Shown here in pieces: positions 54,427 to 64,000 of a stretch of DNA of 64,000 nt (position 1 is the stretch's first letter; the number at the start of each line of letters is the position of its first letter). A program made the translations under genes and the position numbers. This stretch comes from an uncultured virus (IMG/VR IMGVR_UViG_3300027884_000001) (lineage: Duplodnaviria; Heunggongvirae; Uroviricota; Caudoviricetes), in the IMG/VR virus record IMGVR_UViG_3300027884_000001. The stretch is one strand, 5' to 3'. The notes beneath the pieces are model-generated. The model saw only the letters and a program-made list of their open reading frames with translations. It was not told the DNA's origin and searched no databases.

Positions 54427-56754
54427 TCACTTGCTCTTCTTCGGCGCCGCCGGGATGTCCGGACGCCAGTCGCAGTCATGTTCTTCCAGGTTCGAGATGG
54501 CCCGGTACGGCACGTCCTCCGTCCCGTCTTTTTTGATCCCGGCTACCGAGAACTTGCCTCGGTCGCAGTACCCGACCCGCCAGAGCGAACCTTTCTTGTA
54601 GACCGTCTTCTTGTCGTTCATGCGGCACTCGCGGTGAAGCTCGAATGCCTGACCGACAAGCGCGAGCTTGCGCTTGCGCTCCCGGTACTCCCAGCTGCCG
54701 CCAGGCGTGCGCGGCTTGGGTGCCGGCATCTCTTCGCGCTCGCGCACCTTGCGGTTGCCCGCGTGGTACTCCTCGGCCTCGAGCAGCAGCGGCGCCCACT
54801 TGAGGTAGTTCTCACGCGTGCGCGGATCGTCGAAGAACTGCTTGAAGTCGCCAGGCTTGTACGCCTCGACATTGAAGAGCGCGTCGCGCTTGACGCTGAT
54901 GCGAGTCGCAAAGTGACGCTTGTGCTCGTCGCCGTCCCGATAGAATGTCTGCGTTCGGATCCACTCGAAGACGCACGCGCCGCTGCGCTTGATGCGCGCC
55001 ACGTGTGCGAACTTGCCCGGTCCATTGTCGTCGATGTTGCGGTAGCGACGACGCTCATGGTGGGGACGACGGTACGAGGCGACCATCTCTCCAGACTCGT
55101 CCTCGTCTCGGTTCGCGCGTTTCCACACGCGCTCCTGCCCGAGCACGATCGTTCCCTCGACGATCCCGGCGTTGCGCCGGGCCCGGTACGCATCGAAGTC
55201 CGGCGCGTCGCCCGACACGAGCGCCTTGCCGAGGTCGTAGACCAGCTCCAGGGCCTGAACGAAGCTGGCCGCGTTCCAGAGCACCCACGGCGGGTGCGGG
55301 TGCATGACCGGCGAGCGATCGAGAATTCCCTGCAGTACCAGCACGAGCCTGTTGTGCGCTGCGATCTGCTTCTGGATGTAGTTCGCGATGTCGTCGTAGA
55401 AGACGTTGTCTCGGTCGAAGAGAGCGTAGCCTGGCGCGCGACTTTGCGGCTCTCTGGGTAGCTCCAGGAACGGGTCCCGCTCGCCCTTCGGCTTCTTCTT
55501 GTTCTCGGCGATCAGTCGTTTCGCTTCGGGCAGCTTCACGTCGCGCCACTCTTTGTGGGCGCGCGCATCGTCCTCGATCAGTCCCTGGTACTGGCGATCC
55601 GGAATGAGGATCTGGACCTTCTTTCCGGTGATGTCGTCCCAGTCGTCGTCGTCCTCATCTTGGTTGCTGCCGAAGTTGTAGCGACGCGGACCTTCCTCGT
55701 CGTCGCTATCGAACGCCTGGACTTTCGCCCACAGCTTGCCGGTCAACATCTCGCGCTCGTCGACGTCAGGGAAGAGCGGGTTCTCGAACCGGATCTCGGT
55801 CGCGAGCCGGTACATGCGCTGGCCGTTGCGCATGTAGAGGTACGTGTACTTGTCCATCTGTTCGAGCTGCATGAAACGGATGTACTCGCCCCACGTCGAC
55901 GCGTGACGCTCCTTGCGATGCCGCCGCACCTGGAACGCCAGGATGCAGCGCGGGAACGGCAGCAGACGATCGCGGTTCCTAGCCTTCGCCATCCACTTGT
56001 CGAACGCCCTGATGTCCTTGAACTCCATTCCGCCGGTCTCGTAGGCGGCCAGACATTCCTCGTCCATGTACGCGCGGCGCTGGAACAGATGGATCTTGGT
56101 CGTCAGTGGCGCTGGTTCGCCGTCCGCGATCTGGACGATTTCCTCGGTGAGCCCAGCGTAGAGCTGCACCGAGAAGATACGGTCCTCCACCGACTTGATC
56201 GCTGGCTTGAGCGAGCCTGCCTGCGCCTTGAGCGGGATGAGCCGCGCCTTCATCCACCGCGCGAGCGCCGCGTGCTCACCCTTGATCTCCTCGAAGAGCG
56301 ACGGGAGCGTCTCGTCCTTGGCCTTGACCAGGGCCGTCTTGTACGCGTCCATCGGCTCGTCGCGGCGCAGCGTGAGCGCTTGCGTCTCCGAGCCCGTCGT
56401 CAGTGCCGGGTTGACGCCGACGCCTAGCTGCGCCGTGACCTGCCGCACCTTCTCCATCAGCTCGTAGGTGCGCCGCTGATGCGTGCCGACGTAGCCCATG
56501 ATCACCATGTCGGGATCCGGCTCGAAGGTGCAGAGGTCGAAAAACTCGTCCTGGTGGACGCGACGAGCCCAGCGCACACCCTTGAGCCGCACGTAGTTCG
56601 ATCCCATGTGCACGACGCAGCCAAGCCATCGCTCGCTCTTGCCGTTGACCCAGTACCAGCGTCCGACCTGCGGCGCGTGCGGATCCTCGTACGGCACCTG
56701 CTCGGCTGGCTTGGTGTCGTCGACGACAGCGACGATGGCTTTGTCGTCACTCAT
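54427..56754 (-). CDS. large hypothetical protein (about 775 aa)
   Basis: Long ORF with ATGA overlap; no family recognised. Confidence 0.75.
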   Translation of the reverse strand: MSDDKAIVAVVDDTKPAEQVPYEDPHAPQVGRWYWVNGKSERWLGCVVHMGSNYVRLKGVRWARRVHQDEFFDLCTFEPDPDMVIMGYVGTHQRRTYELMEKVRQVTAQLGVGVNPALTTGSETQALTLRRDEPMDAYKTALVKAKDETLPSLFEEIKGEHAALARWMKARLIPLKAQAGSLKPAIKSVEDRIFSVQLYAGLTEEIVQIADGEPAPLTTKIHLFQRRAYMDEECLAAYETGGMEFKDIRAFDKWMAKARNRDRLLPFPRCILAFQVRRHRKERHASTWGEYIRFMQLEQMDKYTYLYMRNGQRMYRLATEIRFENPLFPDVDEREMLTGKLWAKVQAFDSDDEEGPRRYNFGSNQDEDDDDWDDITGKKVQILIPDRQYQGLIEDDARAHKEWRDVKLPEAKRLIAENKKKPKGERDPFLELPREPQSRAPGYALFDRDNVFYDDIANYIQKQIAAHNRLVLVLQGILDRSPVMHPHPPWVLWNAASFVQALELVYDLGKALVSGDAPDFDAYRARRNAGIVEGTIVLGQERVWKRANRDEDESGEMVASYRRPHHERRRYRNIDDNGPGKFAHVARIKRSGACVFEWIRTQTFYRDGDEHKRHFATRISVKRDALFNVEAYKPGDFKQFFDDPRTRENYLKWAPLLLEAEEYHAGNRKVREREEMPAPKPRTPGGSWEYRERKRKLALVGQAFELHRECRMNDKKTVYKKGSLWRVGYCDRGKFSVAGIKKDGTEDVPYRAISNLEEHDCDWRPDIPAAPKKSK

Positions 56755-57389
56755 CGCGCTGAATGCCTTCCCTGCTCTTCGAGACGCTCTCGCTCGTGCT
56801 TCACACCGAACGCCACGGCCTCGCGCGCGCGATCCGCCTTGCGAGCGATCCAGTTGCGCTGCACCTGACACGCTCGCAGGTAGCCACGCAGGATCCACCG
56901 ATCCTTAGCGCTGATACCGCGTCCGCACATCGCTGGCAGACCGAAGTGTGTCGGCGGCAGGTAGCCGAGCCGCATGAACGCCTCGCAGATCTCCCAGCTC
57001 AGGTCCATGCCGCCGCCGGAGAGCGCGAGCGCCGCCTTGTTGTCGTCGCCGCCGAACCTCACGATGACGAGCGGCAGATGCTTGATGGCCAGGCACGCCT
57101 TGGCGATGTCGGTCGGAAACGCTGGCAGCGGGTAGTAGTAGTTCATCATCGGACCTTCGGTCTCGGCGACATCGCCGTCGCACTCGGTCTTGGCGCAGTC
57201 GCTGTGCATGCACCCGCCGCCGCTGTTGACGACGCCGTACTTGCCGCACTTGCCGCACTCGACCGCGTCCCACCACTCCCAATCGCCGTCGCCGTCACCG
57301 ACCTGGTGAGCGGTCCAGTCGTACTCGATCGGCTTCACGTCGATCGCTGCGCTGCTCATGTCTCCTGTGAACTGTCGCTTGCGTTTCAT
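56751..57389 (-). CDS. hypothetical protein
   Basis: PMMNYYYPLP...LALSGGGMDLSWEICEAF; GGGAG RBS. Confidence 0.7.
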   Translation of the reverse strand: MKRKRQFTGDMSSAAIDVKPIEYDWTAHQVGDGDGDWEWWDAVECGKCGKYGVVNSGGGCMHSDCAKTECDGDVAETEGPMMNYYYPLPAFPTDIAKACLAIKHLPLVIVRFGGDDNKAALALSGGGMDLSWEICEAFMRLGYLPPTHFGLPAMCGRGISAKDRWILRGYLRACQVQRNWIARKADRAREAVAFGVKHERERLEEQGRHSAR

Positions 57390-57877
57390 CGTCGAATCTC
57401 CCTTTGGTAGGCCTCGTTGAGCATGTCGAGCATCCGCTCATCGCTGAACTCGAACGGACGGCAGCCGAAATCTTTGGTCAGCGCACGAGCAGATTCAGGA
57501 CTACTCGTGTCACGCACCCGGATGCCGACGATCCTGTCGCCGCTGAAGAGCACCGAGATCTCTGGCTCGCCGCCACCACGGTGCATGAGGACCGCGTAGG
57601 CAATCGCATTGTCGTCTGGGTCGCCGTTACTGTGATACAGCACCTCCGGCAGCGACGGATCGCGTGGCGGCGTCTGAGCGCAGGCCTTGAGATACGCCTC
57701 CATCGCCTTGTCGCGCCGACGCAGCTTCTCGCGAAGGTCATCGAGGTCCGCTGGCTGCACGATGACGCTGTACCTGCCGTCACGTTGGCAGCGGTTACTA
57801 AGCTTCTGCGCGCTGTTGCACACGAGCGCTTCTGCGTCGCCAAGCTCCCGCTTTGCCAGCTCGAGATCAGTGCCCAC
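57386..57877 (-). CDS. hypothetical protein
   Basis: Operon packing; GGAG RBS. Confidence 0.5.
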   Translation of the reverse strand: MGTDLELAKRELGDAEALVCNSAQKLSNRCQRDGRYSVIVQPADLDDLREKLRRRDKAMEAYLKACAQTPPRDPSLPEVLYHSNGDPDDNAIAYAVLMHRGGGEPEISVLFSGDRIVGIRVRDTSSPESARALTKDFGCRPFEFSDERMLDMLNEAYQREIRR

Positions 57878-58133
57878 GGCTGACCGACTCCCGCCGCGAG
57901 TGCAGCACGTGTCCGAGTGCGCGCCCAAACGTCGCCGTCCACCGGCGCCACGCAAACTGCGTGCAGTAACAGTCAGCCAGCTTGCAGTTACCGTGACCGT
58001 CGCCAGCGACAGCGTAGTCGGCGTGCTCGGAGCCGGTACCGTCACCGGTGTGGCCGCAGGTGCAGATGCTCTTGAACGAGAGCCAGTTGCGGCAGAGCCG
58101 CTGAGCCGGGGAGAGATCGAATGCGATGGCCAT
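57867..58133 (-). CDS. Cys/His-rich small protein
   Basis: CTCGH...H...C...DCYC; GGAGG RBS. Confidence 0.55.
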   Translation of the reverse strand: MAIAFDLSPAQRLCRNWLSFKSICTCGHTGDGTGSEHADYAVAGDGHGNCKLADCYCTQFAWRRWTATFGRALGHVLHSRRESVSRGH

Positions 58134-58260
58134 GATGTCCTCCGTGTTGCGCTTGGGTTCGTGAGACTGAGGGGCCGCGCGAGTCGCGCCCGTTGCGCTG
58201 TGATGGGTCACCGCTGGCGCGGTCGACCACCTCCGACGCTTGTCGCGCGGCCTCCGAGGC

Positions 58261-58614
58261 TCACGACGTCTTCCTGACCGGCGTGAACGTCTTGTAGAAC
58301 TCGGCGAAGGTCATGAAACCGCGGACGCCGCCGTAGTGCCGGTACGACACGCCTTTGGGCTCGACGGCGGTCACCTTGATGCGCGACGGCACCTTGTTCG
58401 CCTTGTGCTGCCAGATGTCGCCGACAACAGGATCCTGCTGCTCGCCCTGCTCGAGGACGATGATGATGTGCGATCCGCACGGGCACTGACGCTGCTCGTG
58501 CACCTCGCCCCACTCCATCGAGTAGACCTTCTTGTCCGGCAGCGCTTCCCACTGGTCGCGGTTGTAGACCTTGCCGCACGAGCACCGCTTGATGAAGACC
58601 TGCGGCGCGTTCAC
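58261..58614 (-). CDS. zinc-ribbon hypothetical protein
   Basis: CSCGK.Y...W..L...RQCPCGS. Confidence 0.6.
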   Translation of the reverse strand: MNAPQVFIKRCSCGKVYNRDQWEALPDKKVYSMEWGEVHEQRQCPCGSHIIIVLEQGEQQDPVVGDIWQHKANKVPSRIKVTAVEPKGVSYRHYGGVRGFMTFAEFYKTFTPVRKTS

Positions 58615-58889
58615 AGCACACCTTCCGGATCTGCGACGATGTCACCTGTCTCGAGGTCGACGACGCCGACGAAGACGTAGCGCCAGCCGATCGCGTGCTG
58701 CGTATCCGGGCACCTCGCGGGCGGGGTTTTGAACGTACAGTCCGGCCCGTACTTGATGAACTGCAGATGGCCGATGTTGCTCGAGGACAGGTCGTGGTTC
58801 TGGTAGCAGGCCCACGAGCCGCCACGCTCCCGCATCTGCGCCAGCGCCTCGTCGGTTGGCCGCTCGTTGCCGAGGATCTTGGCGGTCAC
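58611..58889 (-). CDS. hypothetical protein
   Basis: WACYQNHDLSS...PDT...IGWRY. Confidence 0.6.
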   Translation of the reverse strand: MTAKILGNERPTDEALAQMRERGGSWACYQNHDLSSSNIGHLQFIKYGPDCTFKTPPARCPDTQHAIGWRYVFVGVVDLETGDIVADPEGVL

Positions 58890-59116
58890 GACGCCACCGC
58901 TTCCACGCCGATGCGCCATCCGAGCACGCTCGTCGCGAAGACGACCCCGACGCTGGGACTGCGCACGCGCGCCTGGTCTCCGGTGTCGACCGCTCGCTCT
59001 GCGGCCGCCTGCAACGCCTTGTCGCGTGCGGACTCGGTGCGCCCGTGGAAGGTCTGGTGATGCGTCCAGCGCCAGCCGTTGTCCCTGTTGCGGATCTCTA
59101 CGATGAATGTTGCCAT
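58886..59116 (-). CDS. hypothetical protein
   Basis: AAGGAGG RBS. Confidence 0.6.
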   Translation of the reverse strand: MATFIVEIRNRDNGWRWTHHQTFHGRTESARDKALQAAAERAVDTGDQARVRSPSVGVVFATSVLGWRIGVEAVAS

Positions 59117-59129
59117 GACGAGCCTCCTT

Positions 59130-60578
59130 TCAGATCTTGTCGAACACCAGGTCCACCGCCGCGGTGTCCCGGCTCACGTCGTCGATGCGAGCCACCTCGT
59201 GGCAGTACGTCTTGAGCGTTGCCTCGCCGCTGCCGCCGATGAGCACCCCGTAGACGTGCGCGCCGAGCTTGTTGGCGCGCGCCAGAAGCGCTGCAGCGCC
59301 GTCGCTGCGGGCCACGGCATCGGTCACCAGGACCACGTCCGCCTTGTGGAACACCGTCTGCTTCTCGATGAAGTCCAGCGCGGCGACGATCGGGACGTCG
59401 AAGTCGGTGCCCCCGAACGGCTCTCGCGCCAGCAGGTCCAGAAGCTTGACCGGGTCGACCAGGTCCGCCTTCGGCGCGCGTAGCTCCTCGACGACCGCGC
59501 CGTTGAAGAGGATGACGCCGAAGGAGCGCTTGTCGCGGCGCGCGCTGTCGAGCAGTGCCAAACAGACAGCCTTGCCCCAGGTGTCCTTGTCGCCGTGCAT
59601 CGAGCCCGAGATGTCGAGCGCGATGACGATCGGACCCTTCGCAGACTTCTCGGTGCCGCGCAGCTTGTAGCCGAGCGCGGACCGCTCGATGACGCGGCGA
59701 AGCAGGTCGGTCGCGCGCGTTGGGTCGCCGAGCGCGGACAGCTCGGTCGGCAGCAAGCGCGCGACGTCGCCCGTCTGCTCGACGCCCACCAGCTCCGACC
59801 GCGCGTACTCCGACCGCGTGGCCCGCTTGGCGCGCGCGGTGGCCTGCAGACGCCCGGCCAGCTCGATGATCTTCTGGAGCTTGGCCGAGTTCTTGACCTT
59901 GCGAGCCAGCGCCAGCGCGACGCCCGGGTTGATGGTGCCGCCGGCCGCCGTTCCGGGTCCGTATCCGAGCGCCGCGGCAGCCGCCTGGGCGTCGTCGATG
60001 GCCTCCTGCGCGCTCTCAATCGCCCCGCGCAGCGCCTGGCGGACCTTGCTCTCATCCAGGCCCACGGCCTGCGCCGCGACGCCCTCGGCAGCCTTGTAGG
60101 CCTCGCCTGCGGCCGTCCCGACCTGCTCGGGGCCGACCGCGCCCTGCTCGGCGAGGTCCTTCATCCCGTCGAGGATGCGGTCCGCGGCGTCAGCGTCCGG
60201 CGGGGGAGCGTCCGGACCACGGTCCGGAAGCGCGCTCGCGACGCTCTCGCCGATGGCGGTCGCTGCCATCCCAGACCAGAGCGGGTCGCGAAGCGTCTGC
60301 TTGCGCAACGTGTCAAACTCGGGCAGCTCCGAGGCCAGATCGTGCAGCTTGGCCCGGACCGCAGCGGCCGCGCCGCGCTGCTCGGCAGGCACCTCATTGG
60401 GCGACTCCGAGTAGAGGCGGTGGTACAGCTCCGGCACGAACCCGTCGCCGAACCCGGCGACCTTGGTCTCGCCCAGCGCCGAGACGCGGGCGACCTCGGG
60501 GGTCGCCGTCGCGTACTCGGCCAAAAGCGAGCGGTGCCACTCGGGCACTTGGAAGCAGCTTTCGCGGGGGGTGGTCAT
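59130..60578 (-). CDS. ViaA-like VWA domain protein
   Basis: GDVARLLPTEL; KGPIVIALDISGSM (MIDAS); GGTDF; DVVLVTD. Confidence 0.88.
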   Translation of the reverse strand: MTTPRESCFQVPEWHRSLLAEYATATPEVARVSALGETKVAGFGDGFVPELYHRLYSESPNEVPAEQRGAAAAVRAKLHDLASELPEFDTLRKQTLRDPLWSGMAATAIGESVASALPDRGPDAPPPDADAADRILDGMKDLAEQGAVGPEQVGTAAGEAYKAAEGVAAQAVGLDESKVRQALRGAIESAQEAIDDAQAAAAALGYGPGTAAGGTINPGVALALARKVKNSAKLQKIIELAGRLQATARAKRATRSEYARSELVGVEQTGDVARLLPTELSALGDPTRATDLLRRVIERSALGYKLRGTEKSAKGPIVIALDISGSMHGDKDTWGKAVCLALLDSARRDKRSFGVILFNGAVVEELRAPKADLVDPVKLLDLLAREPFGGTDFDVPIVAALDFIEKQTVFHKADVVLVTDAVARSDGAAALLARANKLGAHVYGVLIGGSGEATLKTYCHEVARIDDVSRDTAAVDLVFDKI

Positions 60579-60594
60579 GGCAGTTGCCTCACGA

Positions 60595-60626
60595 GTCACT
60601 GTAGTGACGATTGCGGCACGTGTCAA
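60595..60626 (-). promoter_or_regulatory. sigma70 promoter with palindromic operator
   Basis: TTGACA-17-TACAGT; GTCACTGTAGTGAC identical to the 17472 copy. Confidence 0.75.
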
Positions 60627-60628
60627 CT

Positions 60629-61798
60629 CTACAGGTCGATCCCCGCTGCCCTGGCAGCCAGCTTGCTCGTCTCCTTGCGGATCTCAGCCACCTCGGCGCG
60701 AGCCGAGACGACCTTGCGCGTCGACGGCAGACCCTCGAGTCGCGTGGCGATGTCCTTGAGGTCCTGGTTGACGCTCGAGATCCTCGACAAGAACTTCGTC
60801 TTCGAGTCGGGGTTCTTCGGGTCGATGACCGGCAGCGTCGCGCGCAGCTCCTTGGCCGAGTCCAGATCCCGCACCGCTTGCGCGCCGGCAGGGTTGACCG
60901 TCTCCTGAATGATGCGCGCGACGTTCGTGCGCTCGTCCGGAGTCCTCCAGAGCACGTCTTCCAGGCACTCCAGGTCCTCGGGCTCGGCGACGTCGCGTCC
61001 CTCGAGATGCGCGGTGGCGCGCACGAGCGACACGCACTGCCTCCAGCGACGGTCAGAGACCTTGAAGCCCGCGTCGCGCACCTTGTAGCGCAGATCTACG
61101 AGCGCGGTCTGCACGTCGGCCGGCAGCATGACGGCGCGAACCTTGGCCTGCTCGGCCTTGAGGTCGATCTTGACCGTCGGAGCGACCGGCGTGGGGTTGA
61201 AGACCATCGCCTGGAACGCGTCGCGGTCGCCGACGTACTGAGTGACCACGCGGACCAGGAACCGGTCGTACAGCGCCGCCAGCTCGCTCTCGCTCTCCGG
61301 CAGCTCGTTCGAGGCGCCTGCCAGCGAGACCAGCGGGACGTTGGTCGGCTTGCCGTCGTCGTGGAACACACGCTCGTTGGTGATGGTCAGGAGCGCGTTG
61401 AGGATGCCGGAGTTGCTCTTCCAGATCTCGTCGAGGAACGCGACCTCGGCGCCCGGTAGATACGAAGAGCGCGTGGTCCGCGTGTAGCGGTCGTCCTGCA
61501 GGCCCTTGATCGACAGCGGCCCGAAGACCTCTTCCGGGGTCGTGAACCGAGTCATCAGGTACTCCCAGTACGACAGGCCCAGCGCCTGAGCGAAACACCG
61601 GATCAGAAGCGACTTGCCCGTGCCGGGCTCGCCGAGGATGAAGACGTGCTCACCGGCCAGAAACGCCCGCGCGATGGCGCGGATGACGCTCTTGCGCTCG
61701 GCGAACGAGACGTTGAGCTGGTCGCAGAGCGCCGCCATCGTGCCGACGGGCGCGGAAGCCTTGGAAACCGCTGCAGTGACACTGGATCGAGCCGCCAT
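60629..61798 (-). CDS. RavA/MoxR-family AAA+ ATPase
   Basis: GEPGTGKS; YLMTRFTTPEEVFGP; FLDEIWK; ASNELP; LYDRF; SDRRW; AGGAGG RBS. Confidence 0.92.
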   Translation of the reverse strand: MAARSSVTAAVSKASAPVGTMAALCDQLNVSFAERKSVIRAIARAFLAGEHVFILGEPGTGKSLLIRCFAQALGLSYWEYLMTRFTTPEEVFGPLSIKGLQDDRYTRTTRSSYLPGAEVAFLDEIWKSNSGILNALLTITNERVFHDDGKPTNVPLVSLAGASNELPESESELAALYDRFLVRVVTQYVGDRDAFQAMVFNPTPVAPTVKIDLKAEQAKVRAVMLPADVQTALVDLRYKVRDAGFKVSDRRWRQCVSLVRATAHLEGRDVAEPEDLECLEDVLWRTPDERTNVARIIQETVNPAGAQAVRDLDSAKELRATLPVIDPKNPDSKTKFLSRISSVNQDLKDIATRLEGLPSTRKVVSARAEVAEIRKETSKLAARAAGIDL

Positions 61799-61823
61799 GG
61801 GACACCTCCTGTTGCGCTGAAAC

Positions 61824-61853
61824 TCACTATAGTGACGCAATCGTCACCGTCAA
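61824..61853 (-). promoter_or_regulatory. sigma70 promoter with operator variant
   Basis: TTGACG-16-TATAGT; CTCACTATAGTGAC. Confidence 0.65.
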
Positions 61854-61963
61854 GCGCGAGAAAGCTCTTTTCTGCCAGCTGGCTGGCTGTTAGATGTGCG
61901 GGCGGTCGATCCCGCGTACTTTGCGGTGCAAACAGCCAGGCTAACAATTCTGCCAGCTCACTG

Positions 61964-61995
61964 TTGACACATGCCGTAAACGTCACTAATGTGAC
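61964..61995 (+). promoter_or_regulatory. sigma70 promoter with operator variant
   Basis: TTGACA-17-TAATGT; GTCACTAATGTGAC. Confidence 0.7.
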
Positions 61996-62036
61996 TTTCA
62001 AGCGCAACGGATCTCGGTTCGGACGGAGGTGTTCTC

Positions 62037-63020
62037 ATGGCACGCAAAGCAAGGGCAACGGTTCGGGCGGCAGCAGACAAGGCTCGCGAGGCGCTTCTGG
62101 CGTCGGCGGGCAAGATCGACTCGGACGACGACCGTCTCGGCGACCTGGTCCTTTACGATCTGGTCCCTGGCTTCCGCAAGTCGGTCGGTGCGGTGTCCAA
62201 GGTCTTCGAGGCGCACGGCATGGACCCGAAGGCGGTCCTGCCGATGCCGCCAGACTGGGGCGTCGCGTTTGGACGGGCGCTCGAGAAGGTGGGCGCGCGC
62301 ATCCGTGTGCAGGGCTACAAGCTCATCCCGGCCAAGGACGGCCCCAAGGGCGAGCGCCGCATCGCGGTGGTCGCGGTCCACGCCAACAAGACCGTCACGA
62401 CCGACGACTTGGCGACCATCTGCTGCCCTACGAGCAAGGACAACAAGCCGCCGTTCATCGAGCGCGGTGAGGTCCGTAAGGCGCGCACGCTCGCCTACGA
62501 GGTCGTCAAGGAGACCAAAGGCCTCTACGAGGTCTACACGACCGACGACATCCGCGTGGCCGTCGTCGAGCACATCGATCGATGGTTCGGGCTGCCGCTC
62601 CGGAAGCAGCCGCCGTACGTGGCCTACTGGGTCCCGGCGGCAGGTTCCAAGGAGATCCGCAACCTGCGAGCTGCGGTCGAGGAGTGCGGCGCGGGCGAGA
62701 TCGAGCTGTTCACCGGCTACGGCAGCGACCGCGAGAGCAAGCGCGCGATCGTCAACACCGTCAACAAGGGGCTCGAGAGCCAGCTCAACGAGTTCAAGGC
62801 CGACGTACAGACCTACCTCGACAAGGATGCGATCTCGACGCGCGTCTCGACGATGGAGGAGCTGATCGAGGAGTCCAAGCGGCTGCGTGAGCGCGCGGGC
62901 CTGTACCGCAGCATCCTGGGCGCCGCGGTCGAGAGCGTCGATTCGCAGTACAAGGCGGTCGAGAAGAAGGTCAAGAAGCACCTCGGCATCGTCGAGGATG
63001 CGCACGCCGAGGTCGCGTGA
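62037..63020 (+). CDS. hypothetical protein
   Basis: GGAGG RBS; 327 aa, helical C-terminus; divergent from AAA/VWA pair. Confidence 0.75.
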   Translation: MARKARATVRAAADKAREALLASAGKIDSDDDRLGDLVLYDLVPGFRKSVGAVSKVFEAHGMDPKAVLPMPPDWGVAFGRALEKVGARIRVQGYKLIPAKDGPKGERRIAVVAVHANKTVTTDDLATICCPTSKDNKPPFIERGEVRKARTLAYEVVKETKGLYEVYTTDDIRVAVVEHIDRWFGLPLRKQPPYVAYWVPAAGSKEIRNLRAAVEECGAGEIELFTGYGSDRESKRAIVNTVNKGLESQLNEFKADVQTYLDKDAISTRVSTMEELIEESKRLRERAGLYRSILGAAVESVDSQYKAVEKKVKKHLGIVEDAHAEVA

Positions 63021-63244
63021 GCGACACGGCACGCAAGCGCTTCCATGTGTACGACCGCGAGGGGTTTCTCGCGGCGTACACGGACATGAAGGTCGCGTGT
63101 CGCCAGGCCGCGATCGGTGCGCACCGTCACCGCCAGGAGCGACACGTCTACAAGACGGGACCGTGCGCCGTATCGACGCTCGTGGCCATCTACAACACCC
63201 TGGGCCTCGACATCACCGCATCCGTGAAAGCGAGTCAGCGATGA
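63017..63244 (+). CDS. hypothetical protein
   Basis: GTGA overlap, GAGG RBS. Confidence 0.55.
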   Translation: MSDTARKRFHVYDREGFLAAYTDMKVACRQAAIGAHRHRQERHVYKTGPCAVSTLVAIYNTLGLDITASVKASQR

Positions 63245-63804
63245 AAACGGTAGAAGTCGTACGCAAGCCGATCACGACGTACGTGTCCGACGTCGTCCCC
63301 GAGGTCGTCGGCGTCGGGGAGATGGCTGCGAGCACCATCGCCTGGGCAGACGCGAACCCTGTCGTCTGGAAGATCGTCATGGGAACGCGCTCGAAGGTGT
63401 TCGGGAAGAATGCGAGCGCGTACATGGGGTACGAGCGAGGCGACTCGTCGACCGCCGTTCTTGCTCGCGTTTCGTACCTGAAGGACGTAACCAGTGCGCC
63501 CGATACGACATCGCCGCATGAGACGCTCGGCGCGCTTCAACGTTGCCGAGTCATCCCGAACATCTTCGTCTGGCGCGCCCGCTTCACGATCCAGCACTAC
63601 ACTGACAAGGGCTTCAAGGGCGGTCTCTTCCAGCAGTTCGACGGGACGTACGACCGCGGCTCCATGTACCTCGACTACACGCCGAAGCTTCTCGACGAGG
63701 TCGTGAAGCACTTCCTCGAGTGGTGCGACCTCGGCTACAAGTTCCCGACGGCCGCCGTCAAACTCGACAAGAACGTCATCAAGACGTTCAAGGTGGCGCC
63801 GTGA
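63241..63804 (+). CDS. hypothetical protein
   Basis: ATGA overlap; MKTVEVV start. Confidence 0.6.
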   Translation: MKTVEVVRKPITTYVSDVVPEVVGVGEMAASTIAWADANPVVWKIVMGTRSKVFGKNASAYMGYERGDSSTAVLARVSYLKDVTSAPDTTSPHETLGALQRCRVIPNIFVWRARFTIQHYTDKGFKGGLFQQFDGTYDRGSMYLDYTPKLLDEVVKHFLEWCDLGYKFPTAAVKLDKNVIKTFKVAP

Positions 63805-64000
63805 GCCGCGTTCGTCAGGTTCGCTGGGCTTGTCCTGCCGGCCATCCCGCCGTGCTCGGCCCCAGCAAGCCGCGTCGCATGTCGACGTGTCGCTACTGCC
63901 TCCTCTGCTCGTCGCATGCCGCGCAGCTTGTCGAGCGCACGGCGCCGGCCCTGGAGAGGCAGCGCGACGAGCGCGCGCAGAAGCTGGTCGCTCGGCGCGC

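Noticed and set aside
59130..61798. AAA ATPase as genome-packaging motor
   Set aside because: Motifs and adjacent VWA gene indicate the RavA/MoxR family, not FtsK/HerA or terminase

Overview
High-GC, gene-dense segment of what appears to be a large temperate virus or prophage. No terminase, portal, HK97 capsid, tail, tape-measure or replication gene was recognised in the window. (1) 1-15.6 kb: rightward virion-like operon of membrane-anchored proteins, a transglutaminase-like Cys protease, a protamine-like Arg-rich membrane protein, two adjacent beta-rich ORFs (8484-10671) whose motif pattern resembles single jelly-roll capsid proteins of tailless membrane-containing viruses (inference), and three spike/penton-like ORFs. 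(2) 15.7-29.7 kb: small accessory genes, GroES, a putative lysis trio, a Cys-based phosphatase, a prolyl 4-hydroxylase-like oxygenase, a glycosyltransferase and homing endonucleases. (3) 30.0-34.5 kb: about 35 hand-folded tRNA genes whose anticodons cover all 20 amino acids, many with non-canonical folds, plus two HNH genes and candidate ncRNAs. (4) 35.6-40.2 kb: two multidomain kinase-like polyproteins. (5) 40.3-46.0 kb: four fibre/spike genes (two collagen-like) sharing an N-terminal peptide and a repeated promoter, next to a tyrosine recombinase. (6) 47.6-64 kb: mostly leftward genes, including a RavA/ViaA-like pair, under TTGACA promoters that share a palindromic operator. Short peptide motifs (RYYE leader, G[LV]G, QINxQLxP, RHLRxDYG) recur across unrelated proteins. 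All calls are by eye; no database searches were run.
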